A DNA stretch of 64,000 nt from Promethearchaeia archaeon (GTDB lineage Archaea; Asgardarchaeota; Lokiarchaeia; Sigyniarchaeales; SOKP01), in NCBI GenBank assembly GCA_029856155.1, contig JAHQWL010000052.1, positions 1 through 64,000 on the forward strand. Reading direction: 5' to 3'. This document shows positions 10,630 through 20,557 of the stretch, piece after piece (positions within the stretch are counted from its first letter, which is position 1; each line of letters begins with the position of its first letter). The translations under genes and the position numbers were made by a program. A model generated the notes under the pieces. The model did not search any database. It was not told the DNA's origin and saw only the letters and a program-made list of their open reading frames with translations.

Positions 10630-11418
10630 TTATTTTCTAAATTGATTAAAATCTGCTTTGCGCTTTTCTACAAAAGCATTTTTTCCTTCCATGGCTTCAT
10701 CAGTGTCATAATACATGGATAAGCCACCAACACCTAATTGAGTTATTCCTGTTACTCCATCAATTTCTGCTAAGAAAGCATACTTCAGCATTTTAAGAGC
10801 AGTAGGGCTCTTCTCTAATAATTCCTGGCACCATTGATCTATCTCTTCATCTAATTTCCCATACGGAACAACTGCGTTTACAAGTCCCATCTCTAATGCT
10901 TGTTGTGCTGTATATCGACGACATAAATACCATATTTCTTTAGCGCGTTTCACACCTACAGCACGCATTAAATCTCCTGTTCCATAGCCGGGATCAAATG
11001 AACCAACACGAGGACCTGCTTGTCCAAATTGTGCGTGTTCTGCGGCAATACTAAGATCACAATTAACATGCCATACATGCCCTCCTCCAATTGCATAACC
11101 ATTCACACGAGCTATGACAGGTTTAGGTAGCGTGCGGATTAAAAATGTGACCCGTTGCCAACCAACCTCTAGTGGTAATAATAGCTCTCCTTCATAACCC
11201 CCCTTCTCTCGAGTTGTTTGATCACCACCAGTACAAAAGGCTTTCTCACCAATTCCTGTAAAAACAATAACCCCAATTTCATTGTCCCAACATTGATCAA
11301 ATGCATCAATCAATTCATGAACAGCACGTAGATTGCATGCGTTATAACGTTGGGGTCTATTGATGGTTATTCGGGCAATTCTATCCTTTTTCTCAAAAAT
11401 AATTTCTTTATACTCCAT
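10630..11418 (-). CDS. menB: MenB/BadI-family crotonase (DHNA-CoA synthase or 2-ketocyclohexanecarboxyl-CoA hydrolase)
   Basis: AFCTGGDQ, GYAIGGGH, FGQAGPRVGSFDPGYG, KEIWYLCRRY. Confidence 0.75.
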   Translation of the reverse strand: MEYKEIIFEKKDRIARITINRPQRYNACNLRAVHELIDAFDQCWDNEIGVIVFTGIGEKAFCTGGDQTTREKGGYEGELLLPLEVGWQRVTFLIRTLPKPVIARVNGYAIGGGHVWHVNCDLSIAAEHAQFGQAGPRVGSFDPGYGTGDLMRAVGVKRAKEIWYLCRRYTAQQALEMGLVNAVVPYGKLDEEIDQWCQELLEKSPTALKMLKYAFLAEIDGVTGITQLGVGGLSMYYDTDEAMEGKNAFVEKRKADFNQFRK

Positions 11419-11645
11419 TTTTATATCCCTCTTTTTTTTTAATAATTTAATTTCTAATGATTTATCCTTAAATTGAGCTAAATATATTATTTTTGGTTTT
11501 TTAAACTTTTAAAATAGTAAACTGATGAATTTAGTAATTTGATCGTGAAATTCTTGTTTCACGAAATTTAAATCTAAAATTTTGATAATTTTTTAAGTTT
11601 TTCCTCTGCAGAAAAGATAAATAAATTGTTTTTTTTGAAGAAATC

Positions 11646-12173
11646 CTAAAAAATCAATTTTTGTTTAATCTCTTGGACCATTTTCTGTCCTTCATTATTT
11701 ATCTCAGTTATTAATTCTCTTAAAATTTCATTAATAGCAATTCCACTCAATTCACATGAAATATATAATAACGAGAGTATTTGTTTAGCTAAAACACGGA
11801 TATTTTTAATGTCACTAACGGGGATTCTAATACCAAGCGCTTTCAAATCCATATGTGTCTCTTTTTCTTGTTGTCGTATTGTAATTAAGATATCATTTTT
11901 TCTTCCCTTCCATTCTTCGGTAATTGCCCTTAGAGATAATAAATATCTTTTAGTAGGGCTTCCGATTCCCATAACATCCCTTGCAAATTCAAGAGGTTGA
12001 GAGTTTCGCACTGTTTTCAGGCCAAATGTTCTGTTAACCTTATAATTCTTATCTAATGTAGTTTTCATCTTTGAAATTTCGTCTGTTAACTGTTCAATTT
12101 TTAGAGATAATTTCTCAAATTTCTTTAGGAAGGTTTCTTCAGTGCTGGGTTTAAAATTACTCATATCAAACAC
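11646..12173 (-). CDS. Hypothetical protein (N-terminal coiled coil)
   Basis: 175-aa ORF; start may be ATG 12164. Confidence 0.75.
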   Translation of the reverse strand: MFDMSNFKPSTEETFLKKFEKLSLKIEQLTDEISKMKTTLDKNYKVNRTFGLKTVRNSQPLEFARDVMGIGSPTKRYLLSLRAITEEWKGRKNDILITIRQQEKETHMDLKALGIRIPVSDIKNIRVLAKQILSLLYISCELSGIAINEILRELITEINNEGQKMVQEIKQKLIF

Positions 12174-12325
12174 TAATTAGAAATTAAATATTATACTTTT
12201 TGAATTAGTGTTTAATAAAACTAATTATTAAACTATTAATCTATGAGAAATTTGTAATTTTTTTTGAATTAGTATAATATATAAAAAAAAAGCGAGTTTA
12301 ACAAAACTCTTGAGATTTATTTTAT

Positions 12326-13588
12326 TTAATAATTTAAATCTTTTTCTGGTTCATTATTATTTTTTTCCTTAAAACCTTCTTCTTTGGAATTAGCTGGATA
12401 TTTGTCTTCAATTGTTTTGCTTTCTTCAGTAATTGATTCAGGTTCTTCAATAGTAGATTCGGGGAATATTACTTCCTTTAATTTAACCTTACCCTCTTTT
12501 TTTGCTTTTAACTTCCCTTCAGAATATTTCATGATTTCATATAATCCTATTATTATTAGAAGGAGTACGAAAAATCCTAATACCGCAATATTTTTTACTA
12601 GATTAATAAGATCATTATCTATATTGTCAGCAAACCATTGAATCCAAGGAATTTGAATACCACTTAAAAGATCATACGGAAAATAATGTATAAATTCATA
12701 TGTTACCTTAGAGAGAATTAACCAGATAATTACTGTATCTAGCTCGAACCTTTTTAGCCTTTTGCTTAATAATTCTGCTTGTGAACCCATAAGAGTACTT
12801 AGAGTATAAAATATAATAAGCAAGTCTGGAATGATCATAGTAAGATAAGCCCAAATTGGACCAAAACCTTCAGTTTTTGTAGGAGTTAGACCAAGATAGA
12901 TTTTTATAACCAGAAATAGTGTATAGAAAGAAACCAATATTGCGAATATTCCAAACCATCCATTAAAGACTTTATGAAACTTATATGCAACAATTGTAAT
13001 TGCAAGTCCAATAAGAATAGCACCAACAAGGATATATACTCCATTTAAATACCACGGCATTGGTGCGTCACTAATAACTGAAAAATCGAATAATTTAGGT
13101 GCTATAATGAAGAGATATAAGAAAAAGATGGACGCAGCTAAACCTCCAATAAAAATAAGGGTTCTTATAAAAGGCTTTGCTTTTACTGTTTTTAAAGCTT
13201 GTTTATCTACTCTTCTCCCTATTAAAAAGCACCCATATAAAATAAACCAAGATGTAAAGAGGAAATAGGTAATAACTGAAATGATAAATAAAAGTATTAG
13301 AACAATTGAAATTAATGCCATAATTGGTAAGGAGACAAGTAAAAATAAAATAATCTTCCATGGAGGGTACTCAAAAATGCTTCTCTTAGAAATAAGAGAG
13401 AGCAAAAATAAGAACATTAAAAATACTAAAAACGGAAAAAAGATAATGATACCAATTAAAGAAACAACGGGATTGGGATAAGGAACTAAAGCCACTCCTA
13501 TTAATAGCCAAATTCCGACAGCTAATAACCGCCAATTCTTAGCTAATTTTTTTATATTCTCAATAAAATCCATAAAAAAATAGTCCAA
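12326..13588 (-). CDS. Polytopic membrane protein with acidic C-terminal tail
   Basis: ~10 hydrophobic helices. Confidence 0.8.
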   Translation of the reverse strand: MDYFFMDFIENIKKLAKNWRLLAVGIWLLIGVALVPYPNPVVSLIGIIIFFPFLVFLMFLFLLSLISKRSIFEYPPWKIILFLLVSLPIMALISIVLILLFIISVITYFLFTSWFILYGCFLIGRRVDKQALKTVKAKPFIRTLIFIGGLAASIFFLYLFIIAPKLFDFSVISDAPMPWYLNGVYILVGAILIGLAITIVAYKFHKVFNGWFGIFAILVSFYTLFLVIKIYLGLTPTKTEGFGPIWAYLTMIIPDLLIIFYTLSTLMGSQAELLSKRLKRFELDTVIIWLILSKVTYEFIHYFPYDLLSGIQIPWIQWFADNIDNDLINLVKNIAVLGFFVLLLIIIGLYEIMKYSEGKLKAKKEGKVKLKEVIFPESTIEEPESITEESKTIEDKYPANSKEEGFKEKNNNEPEKDLNY

Positions 13589-13636
13589 TTAAATGTATTT
13601 AAAATTTTCTTATTTAATATCAGAATTTTTAATATA

Positions 13637-14440
13637 TTAAAATATAAAGTCAGTTAGGCTTTTTTGTTTATTAAAACTACGATAGGATAACCCAAATTTC
13701 TTTTTTATATTATTCGCACTTTCTGGGGCAAAACCTTGAAAGTGATTATTTACAATAATAAAAATTTCATAGATATTTGAGATTTTCACTAAGTTTTGAA
13801 TCTTCTTATAAAGGTTATTTATTGCTTCTTTTTGATCTCTTCGAATTCGGTTAAAAACCGTGAGTTCTCTATCTCCAATTAACCTTATATAATAAAAAAT
13901 TTGATTTTGCATATAATATGGGGTAATATCTGGCATATAAGTGGTTCCGAATATTACATTTTTTCCATCGATAAAATTTGAAAGAATATCAGGTTTAAAC
14001 CAAGAATTATCTCTTAGTTCAACTATGTATTTATTCTCAGATGGAAGTTTCTTGAATAAATAATTGAATTGTTCTAAATGTTTCTCTGAAAATTTAAACC
14101 ATGGTGGAAATTGAAGAAGAAATCCAAAAATTTTTCCTTGTAATGATTTAATCCTACTAAAAAAGTCAAGAATCCTTTGGTTTATTTCAGAATTATTAAA
14201 GTCATGTGTTATTTTTTGCCATAGTTTAACAACAAAACGAAAATGTTCTGGGACGCGGTTATACCAGTTAATTACCATATTTTCAGACGGTAAGTTATAG
14301 AATGTTGAATTGATTTCCACAATATTGAAATAATTGGAAAAAAATTCTAATTGATGGGATTTTTCCAACTTTTTTGGGTAGAATGGACCAGACCAATCTT
14401 TGTAATCCCATCCAGCTGTTCCAATTGTAATTTTAACCAT
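13637..14440 (-). CDS. DUF72 (YecE-like) protein
   Basis: IGTAGWDYKDWSGPFYP, VEINSTFY, LQFPP, ELRD, YIRLIG, NNH. Confidence 0.93.
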   Translation of the reverse strand: MVKITIGTAGWDYKDWSGPFYPKKLEKSHQLEFFSNYFNIVEINSTFYNLPSENMVINWYNRVPEHFRFVVKLWQKITHDFNNSEINQRILDFFSRIKSLQGKIFGFLLQFPPWFKFSEKHLEQFNYLFKKLPSENKYIVELRDNSWFKPDILSNFIDGKNVIFGTTYMPDITPYYMQNQIFYYIRLIGDRELTVFNRIRRDQKEAINNLYKKIQNLVKISNIYEIFIIVNNHFQGFAPESANNIKKKFGLSYRSFNKQKSLTDFIF

Positions 14441-14568
14441 TTAATAAAAATTAAACATTATGTTATTTTAATGATTCAATATTTTCTTAAACTGAAATAA
14501 TTAATTTTTATACATTATAATTTTTACTTTAAATTATAACAAAAATTCAATAAGAAGGTGATGGAAAA

Positions 14569-15276
14569 ATTTCAATCGACTGGATTAAAGCTGAGGAAAG
14601 ACCAGATAAGAAATTATCCATAGAAGGAAAATTTTTATTAGAACTTAGATCTAAAATTAAAGAATTAGAACTAGAATTGGAGAAAAATCAACAGAAATTA
14701 AATAAAACTGTACGTGTATTAAATGAAACTAAAGACAAGTTAGCTGGTCGTGAAAGAAGTTTAACAGAGCTCACAGAAAGAAAATCTACGGCTAGAAAAT
14801 CTTTAGATGAAATTAAACAAGAAAAATTACAGATAGATATTGAACTTGCTAAAGTGGCATCTGATAAATCAAATATAAATGAGAAACTCACTGAAGCAAT
14901 AGAAAAAATTACGCATCTGGAAAGTCAATTAAATCTCAACGTTGAAAAATCATCTCGGTTTGAACAAAAAATTTTAGAAAAGGATAAAGAATTTCAAAAA
15001 AAAGAAGAAGAGATGTTGAATAGAGCTAATGAACTTTTAAAAAAAGATGAAGAAATCCAACACCTTCATATTCAAATTGAGGATCTAAAGAAGAAATTAA
15101 ATGATGAAATAAAATTGAATGATAAGCAAATTAAAAAATTTAAAGCGTTTGAAGCTCAAATGTCTGAAGCCATAAACGCTAAAAAAACAATTGAAAAAAT
15201 TAAGCAATTAATAGAGGTTAAGGGGTTTTTATCTGATAAAGAACTTGAACCGCTACTTAATGAAAAAAAAGATTAA
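14569..15276 (+). CDS. Long coiled-coil protein, paralog of 15402 (probable ATT start)
   Basis: In-frame extension ISIDWIKAEERPDKKLSIEGK matches the N-terminus of the 15402 gene; C-terminal KGFLSDKE. Confidence 0.8.
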   Translation: MSIDWIKAEERPDKKLSIEGKFLLELRSKIKELELELEKNQQKLNKTVRVLNETKDKLAGRERSLTELTERKSTARKSLDEIKQEKLQIDIELAKVASDKSNINEKLTEAIEKITHLESQLNLNVEKSSRFEQKILEKDKEFQKKEEEMLNRANELLKKDEEIQHLHIQIEDLKKKLNDEIKLNDKQIKKFKAFEAQMSEAINAKKTIEKIKQLIEVKGFLSDKELEPLLNEKKD

Positions 15277-15401
15277 TACTCATGTGTTCTATTTAAATTC
15301 AATTATTTTAATGTAAAATTTATAAATAATCAATTTTAAAAACATAAATATATAGCAATATAAAAATATAAATATCAAATATAAAATAGTGGTGAAAGAA
15401 T

Positions 15402-16133
15402 TTGGCAATAGATTGGGCAAAAGCAGAGGAAAAACCCGATAAAAAATTATCTATTGAGGGTAAAGTGTTATTAGATCTCAGATCTAAAATAAATAATTTA
15501 GAAAAACAATTAAGTCAAAAAACAAAAGATTTGGAAAGAACTACAGAAGATTTAAAAACAACTAAGGAAAAATTCACCGAAACTGAGAAAAAATTAACTG
15601 CTTTAAATGAGAATTTTTCTACATCACATAAAGATTTTGAGAGAATAAAAGAAGAGAAGCTGTATGCAGATGCCGAACTTAACAAACTAAGATCAGTAAA
15701 ATCAAATTTAGATACTAAACTAGCTGAATCTAATTCCAAGATTACAGAATTAGAAAATAAATTAAAGGAGTCCACTATAAAAATCGAGAGCTTAGAAGAG
15801 GAGAAAAATGATTTTAAGGCCAATTTAGAAAAAGAGAGAGAAAAACTCAAAGATAATCTTCAACAAAGAGAAAATGAAATTGAGAGCCTTAAAAAAGATT
15901 TACAAAAATCAAGATCAGATAAGTATGTAGAATCCGAAAGTCTAAAAGAAGAAATAACGGTAAAAGAAGATGAAATTAAAACGTTAAATCAAAAAGTTAC
16001 TTCACTTGAGGAGACAATTTCAGAAGCTAAATTAGCACCCCAACTCATCGAAAGTATCAAGGATATTATGATTAATAAAGGATTCCTCTCAGATAGAGAG
16101 TTTGACGCTTTATTAGAAAATAAAGAAATTTAG
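15402..16133 (+). CDS. Long coiled-coil protein
   Basis: Heptad-rich; GGTGA SD plus TTG start; C-terminal KGFLSDRE. Confidence 0.85.
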   Translation: MAIDWAKAEEKPDKKLSIEGKVLLDLRSKINNLEKQLSQKTKDLERTTEDLKTTKEKFTETEKKLTALNENFSTSHKDFERIKEEKLYADAELNKLRSVKSNLDTKLAESNSKITELENKLKESTIKIESLEEEKNDFKANLEKEREKLKDNLQQRENEIESLKKDLQKSRSDKYVESESLKEEITVKEDEIKTLNQKVTSLEETISEAKLAPQLIESIKDIMINKGFLSDREFDALLENKEI

Positions 16134-16158
16134 AATAACATTTCTTTCTATTATTAGA

Positions 16159-17253
16159 ATGGTTAAATTAATTTGGCAAAACAAAAAAGAGAATACTTTT
16201 AAATCAGAAGATCTAAAAAAATATATTCCTACTTTTTTTAAAACTTTCGAATATCATTCATTTAGTGATAAGGAAAAACTAGAAGGATTTAGAAATCCTC
16301 AATTCCGGTCGAACAAATTATTTTGGGGAAACAATTTAGAAGTATTATATTATTTATTAAACAATTTTGAAGATAAAATTGATTTAATATATATTGACCC
16401 TCCATTCTTTTCTGGAACTAATTATCAGATAAAAATTAAGGAAAATGACAAATTCTATGATTCTATCGCATATTATGATCATTGGGGTAATGATTTAGAC
16501 TCATACTTGCAAATGTTGTATGAAAGAATATTATTATTTAAGCAAATTATGTCAAAAACGGGTTTACTTTTTATCCACTCCGATTGGCATGCTAATCATT
16601 ACATACGACTGATTTTAGATGAAGTTTTTGGAGAAAATAAGTTTGTTAATAATATTGTTTGGTATTATTACAATAAGTATTCAGCTGGAAAGAAAAATCT
16701 TCCAAGAGCCCATGATACGATTTTGGTATATTCTAATTCTAGTAAGTACACTTTTAATGAATTAAGAATTCCTCGTAAAAGACCTAGAAAACAGTTGATG
16801 AGAGTAAATGTAGAGGGCGTATTAAAGAACGTGAAAGATAAGAATGGACATGTTAGATATCGGACAGTAAAAGATAAAAAACTTGATGATGTATGGAAAA
16901 TACCTTGTTTACAACCAGCCTCAAAGGAATGGACAGGGTTTCCTAATCAAAAACATCATAGTTTACTCGAGAGAATTATTAAATTGGGTTCCAATGAAGG
17001 AGATTTAATTGCTGATTTTTTTTGTGGCTCTGGAACAACTTTAGCTGTAGCTGAAAAATTGAAGAGGAGATGGATTGGATGTGATAATTCAGAGTATTCA
17101 ATATATTTGACCAGAAATAGGATTTTAGATTACCAAAATACGGCACAAAAATTTTATCCATTTGAAATTCTTACAACTATAGATACAAATAAAAATGCTA
17201 TAATCAAATCTGGATTTTTTCAAAAAGAGATTTCAATAAAAAGAAAGAAATAA
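16159..17253 (+). CDS. Amino-type DNA methyltransferase (N6/N4, beta class, Mod-like)
   Basis: LIYIDPPF precedes DFFCGSGTT. Confidence 0.92.
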   Translation: MVKLIWQNKKENTFKSEDLKKYIPTFFKTFEYHSFSDKEKLEGFRNPQFRSNKLFWGNNLEVLYYLLNNFEDKIDLIYIDPPFFSGTNYQIKIKENDKFYDSIAYYDHWGNDLDSYLQMLYERILLFKQIMSKTGLLFIHSDWHANHYIRLILDEVFGENKFVNNIVWYYYNKYSAGKKNLPRAHDTILVYSNSSKYTFNELRIPRKRPRKQLMRVNVEGVLKNVKDKNGHVRYRTVKDKKLDDVWKIPCLQPASKEWTGFPNQKHHSLLERIIKLGSNEGDLIADFFCGSGTTLAVAEKLKRRWIGCDNSEYSIYLTRNRILDYQNTAQKFYPFEILTTIDTNKNAIIKSGFFQKEISIKRKK

Positions 17254-17350
17254 ATTTTTAGATTTGTATTTATTCTTATTTTACAAGAGAGTGAAGAATA
17301 GTTCTCTTTTTCATTATTATTATTAAAATATAGCATAACGTGATGATAAA

Positions 17351-18898
17351 TTGACGATTTTAAAAGCAATTAAAGATGAAAAAATCAGAGATTGGAAAAA
17401 ATCATCAATTGAACGTCATGATCTATATAACTTTGAATCAAAAATAGATTATACTTTGGAAATAACCGAAAAAAAAAAAACCTCATACCTACTTGCTACA
17501 TATTTCTTTATTCCGAGTTCTCTACAGATAAATAGGGATTCATATAGTAAAGAGCAATTTTTTTCAGATATAAACAATCGAATAAGGTTTAAAACCCCTA
17601 AAATGTCAATAGAGGGAATATTAGATGAGTTAAATGAGCTTTCCCCCATGACCACTATCCTAAAATCAATGAAAGTTATTGAATATGGGAAATTTAGTAG
17701 TGATATAATAACAAAAATTCAAAGAGAATTATGCTTACTTGCAGATATAATAAAAGTCTCTTTAAGAGATCAATTTAATTATATTCAGAATAATTATAAC
17801 GAGTTAAAAAAACCATATCATATACCCGATCTGATAAATAATAACATCGAATCGATAAAAAAATTACAAAGGAAACTGGAATTGATGGGAAATAGATTTT
17901 TAATGGCCCAAATTCCTATAAAGCTACGTGAGTCATTTCAATTTGCTGGTGAATATATTAGTTTACAGATTGAAAAGTGGCTTACAAGACTTTTAAAAGC
18001 TTTTGAAGATAAAGTTAATCAAGAGATCAAAATAAGTATAATCGAACTAATTGAAAAAGAACAAGAGCATCGTGAACATTTAAAGAGCGCATTAATCATT
18101 CTTGAAAATAATAATAATGAAACTTTTTCTTACCAGGAAGGGATTATGAAAAAATACGTTCAAAGTGTTTTATATTTAGAAAAAAAGAAAAAAGATCCAA
18201 AATCACAGTCATTAGAAATATTTTATTCTATAGCTGCTGGAGTTGCAATGTTTTTTTCATTATTTTTTGGCTTCTTAATCCTTTCATTCTTGCCCAAGTA
18301 TTCTATTCCCTTTATTATTGCTACAGTTGTAATTTATATGCTGAAAGATCGAATTAAAGATAATATTCGGGGAGTTTCACAGAAAGCAGTAGGATCAATG
18401 TTTCCCGATCAGCGTATTGATTTTGTAGATGGGTTTAATAAAGAAAAGATTGGAAAAAGTAAAGAAATTGTGAATTTTAAAAATAAAGATAAGATTCCTC
18501 CGGAAATTTTAAGAATTAGGAGATCGAGCAATATTAGTTCGATAGAAGAAAGAGGTAAACCAGAGGAAGTTATTCTTTATGAGAAAAAAATAACGCTATT
18601 TAACAATAAAATAAAGCAATTCCATACTAGAAGAAAAAATATATCTGATGTTATTCGTTTTAATGTTAGAGGTTTTTTAAGATATGCTGACGACCCAATT
18701 CAATTTTTATCAAAATGGAATAGTGATAAAAAGAAAATTGAAAATATCCCCGTTTCAAAAGTATATCATCTAAATCTTATTTTAAAGTTAACATCATTTA
18801 AAGGAAAGAAAGTAAATAAAATCTATTATAAAAAGTTTAGAGTTATACTTGATCAACAAGGGATTAAAAGAGTTTTGGAGCCTGAATTTCATTTATAA
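17351..18898 (+). CDS. Conserved hypothetical protein with a central 2-TM hairpin
   Basis: SIAAGVAM...YMLKDRIK; KVYHLN. Confidence 0.8.
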   Translation: MTILKAIKDEKIRDWKKSSIERHDLYNFESKIDYTLEITEKKKTSYLLATYFFIPSSLQINRDSYSKEQFFSDINNRIRFKTPKMSIEGILDELNELSPMTTILKSMKVIEYGKFSSDIITKIQRELCLLADIIKVSLRDQFNYIQNNYNELKKPYHIPDLINNNIESIKKLQRKLELMGNRFLMAQIPIKLRESFQFAGEYISLQIEKWLTRLLKAFEDKVNQEIKISIIELIEKEQEHREHLKSALIILENNNNETFSYQEGIMKKYVQSVLYLEKKKKDPKSQSLEIFYSIAAGVAMFFSLFFGFLILSFLPKYSIPFIIATVVIYMLKDRIKDNIRGVSQKAVGSMFPDQRIDFVDGFNKEKIGKSKEIVNFKNKDKIPPEILRIRRSSNISSIEERGKPEEVILYEKKITLFNNKIKQFHTRRKNISDVIRFNVRGFLRYADDPIQFLSKWNSDKKKIENIPVSKVYHLNLILKLTSFKGKKVNKIYYKKFRVILDQQGIKRVLEPEFHL

Positions 18899-20320
18899 TG
18901 GAGTGTGAACATTCCATCCTAAATAATTAGAAAGAGCTTCAGTTACTACGTCTCCAATTCGATTCAATGATGCCGCAACATGATGCGCAAATCCCTCTTT
19001 ACATACTATCTTTAAAATATCTTGCAAGTTAGGGATTTCTATTACTCCATAGCCTCCAAATGTATCTAAAGGATCATCTGTATAGTTACCCTCTACGACT
19101 AACGCTTTAATTTCTCCAAAAAGATCATCGGTTTCTACTCGTAAAAGTGTACACGGTTTAGGTTTAATACGCCCCTGAATTGCTCCAAAACTTACTTCTC
19201 CACCTTTTTGATCAGCAATTATGGGATGAATAGTCATTTTTGTATCTTTAAAGAAGGATTTCGGAAGGTTACTACAGTGAAATAAAACCATTTTATTTGG
19301 ATCATCACCATAATTATTGTTCCAATCCAGTATAGCTGACGGACTTTCAGAGGCAAGTTGTAATATTAACATTCCTATTAAGCCTGAAATATCAACTTCA
19401 CAAGCAGCGGGAACAAGTCCTTCACTAAACATACTCATTACTGCACATGGTACAATTCCAAAGTTGTCTTGTATACTAGGCCAACATTGAAATGCAAATC
19501 CGTCTAATTCATTTCCTATAACCCAATTTTCAATTACAACCGCCAATTTTGCTAGTTTATTAAGGCTATCTTCAGGAATTACTTTGGTAGCGGTATAATT
19601 CTTTATAAAATTAGCTTTTTCTTTTACTTTTGTATCACTATCGTTTAATTGATTAATATATCCAAAAATTTCAGATAGATCAATTGGCTCTATGCTAATA
19701 CCATTATTTTCCAATATTTTTTCACTATATCTGACAGTTTCAAATGCATTTGGTCTTGTGCCAATTTGCCCTAATCTCGTGTTTCTTAATTTTTTCACAA
19801 TTCTGCAGATTTTTTCAAATCTATTCAAATCTTCTTTAAAAAGATCTGATTTAATAGGGCAAGTATGATATTTAGTTAGTGTAAAGGGAATACCATACTG
19901 ATATAATACACTTGTAACTGATATTTTTCCACAAAATGCATCTCTTCGATGTAACCTATCCATCTTATCAAGTTCATCTGAGGAAGCGTGAATTAAAATA
20001 GGAACATTGAGATTTGATAATTTTATTGTATTCGCTATGGCTTTCTCGTCACCAAAATTGCAAAGACATATGATTATCCCCAGAAGTTTATCAGAATTCT
20101 TTTTAAAAAGTTCTGCACATTTTTTAGCATCTGAGTACGTCTCAACTGCGCCTAGTGGTGTATCTTCCTCTTCTAAAATAATATATTCATATCCTAATTT
20201 ATTCATTACGTCTATAATATCTTTTCTACCCTCTTTGACTAAATGGTTTGGAAATACATCTCTATTTCCAAGAATAATCCCAAAAAGTGATTTCAATTCC
20301 TTTTGCAATATAAATGACAT
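18893..20320 (-). CDS. L-fucose/L-arabinose isomerase family protein
   Basis: NFGDE, RRDAFCG, QCWP, ACEVD, FHCSN, GFAHH. Confidence 0.9.
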   Translation of the reverse strand: MSFILQKELKSLFGIILGNRDVFPNHLVKEGRKDIIDVMNKLGYEYIILEEEDTPLGAVETYSDAKKCAELFKKNSDKLLGIIICLCNFGDEKAIANTIKLSNLNVPILIHASSDELDKMDRLHRRDAFCGKISVTSVLYQYGIPFTLTKYHTCPIKSDLFKEDLNRFEKICRIVKKLRNTRLGQIGTRPNAFETVRYSEKILENNGISIEPIDLSEIFGYINQLNDSDTKVKEKANFIKNYTATKVIPEDSLNKLAKLAVVIENWVIGNELDGFAFQCWPSIQDNFGIVPCAVMSMFSEGLVPAACEVDISGLIGMLILQLASESPSAILDWNNNYGDDPNKMVLFHCSNLPKSFFKDTKMTIHPIIADQKGGEVSFGAIQGRIKPKPCTLLRVETDDLFGEIKALVVEGNYTDDPLDTFGGYGVIEIPNLQDILKIVCKEGFAHHVAASLNRIGDVVTEALSNYLGWNVHTPL

Positions 20321-20557
20321 TATTTAAAACTTTTTAAGGTAATATTTGACTAAATAAGTAAATTTTCTTCTTGATTTAATTTTTTCCTAAAAAATAAAAA
20401 AGATTATGATTTATTATAAGAATGATTGGAAATCCTCTTCATACGGTCTGTATCTTGCTTAATATTACCTATTTTTTTTTTGTAAAATTGAAATTTTTTT
20501 AGAAGTTTAAAAGGTATAGTTTTTTGAATTAGAAAAAAAATAAAAAAACTTTTACTT

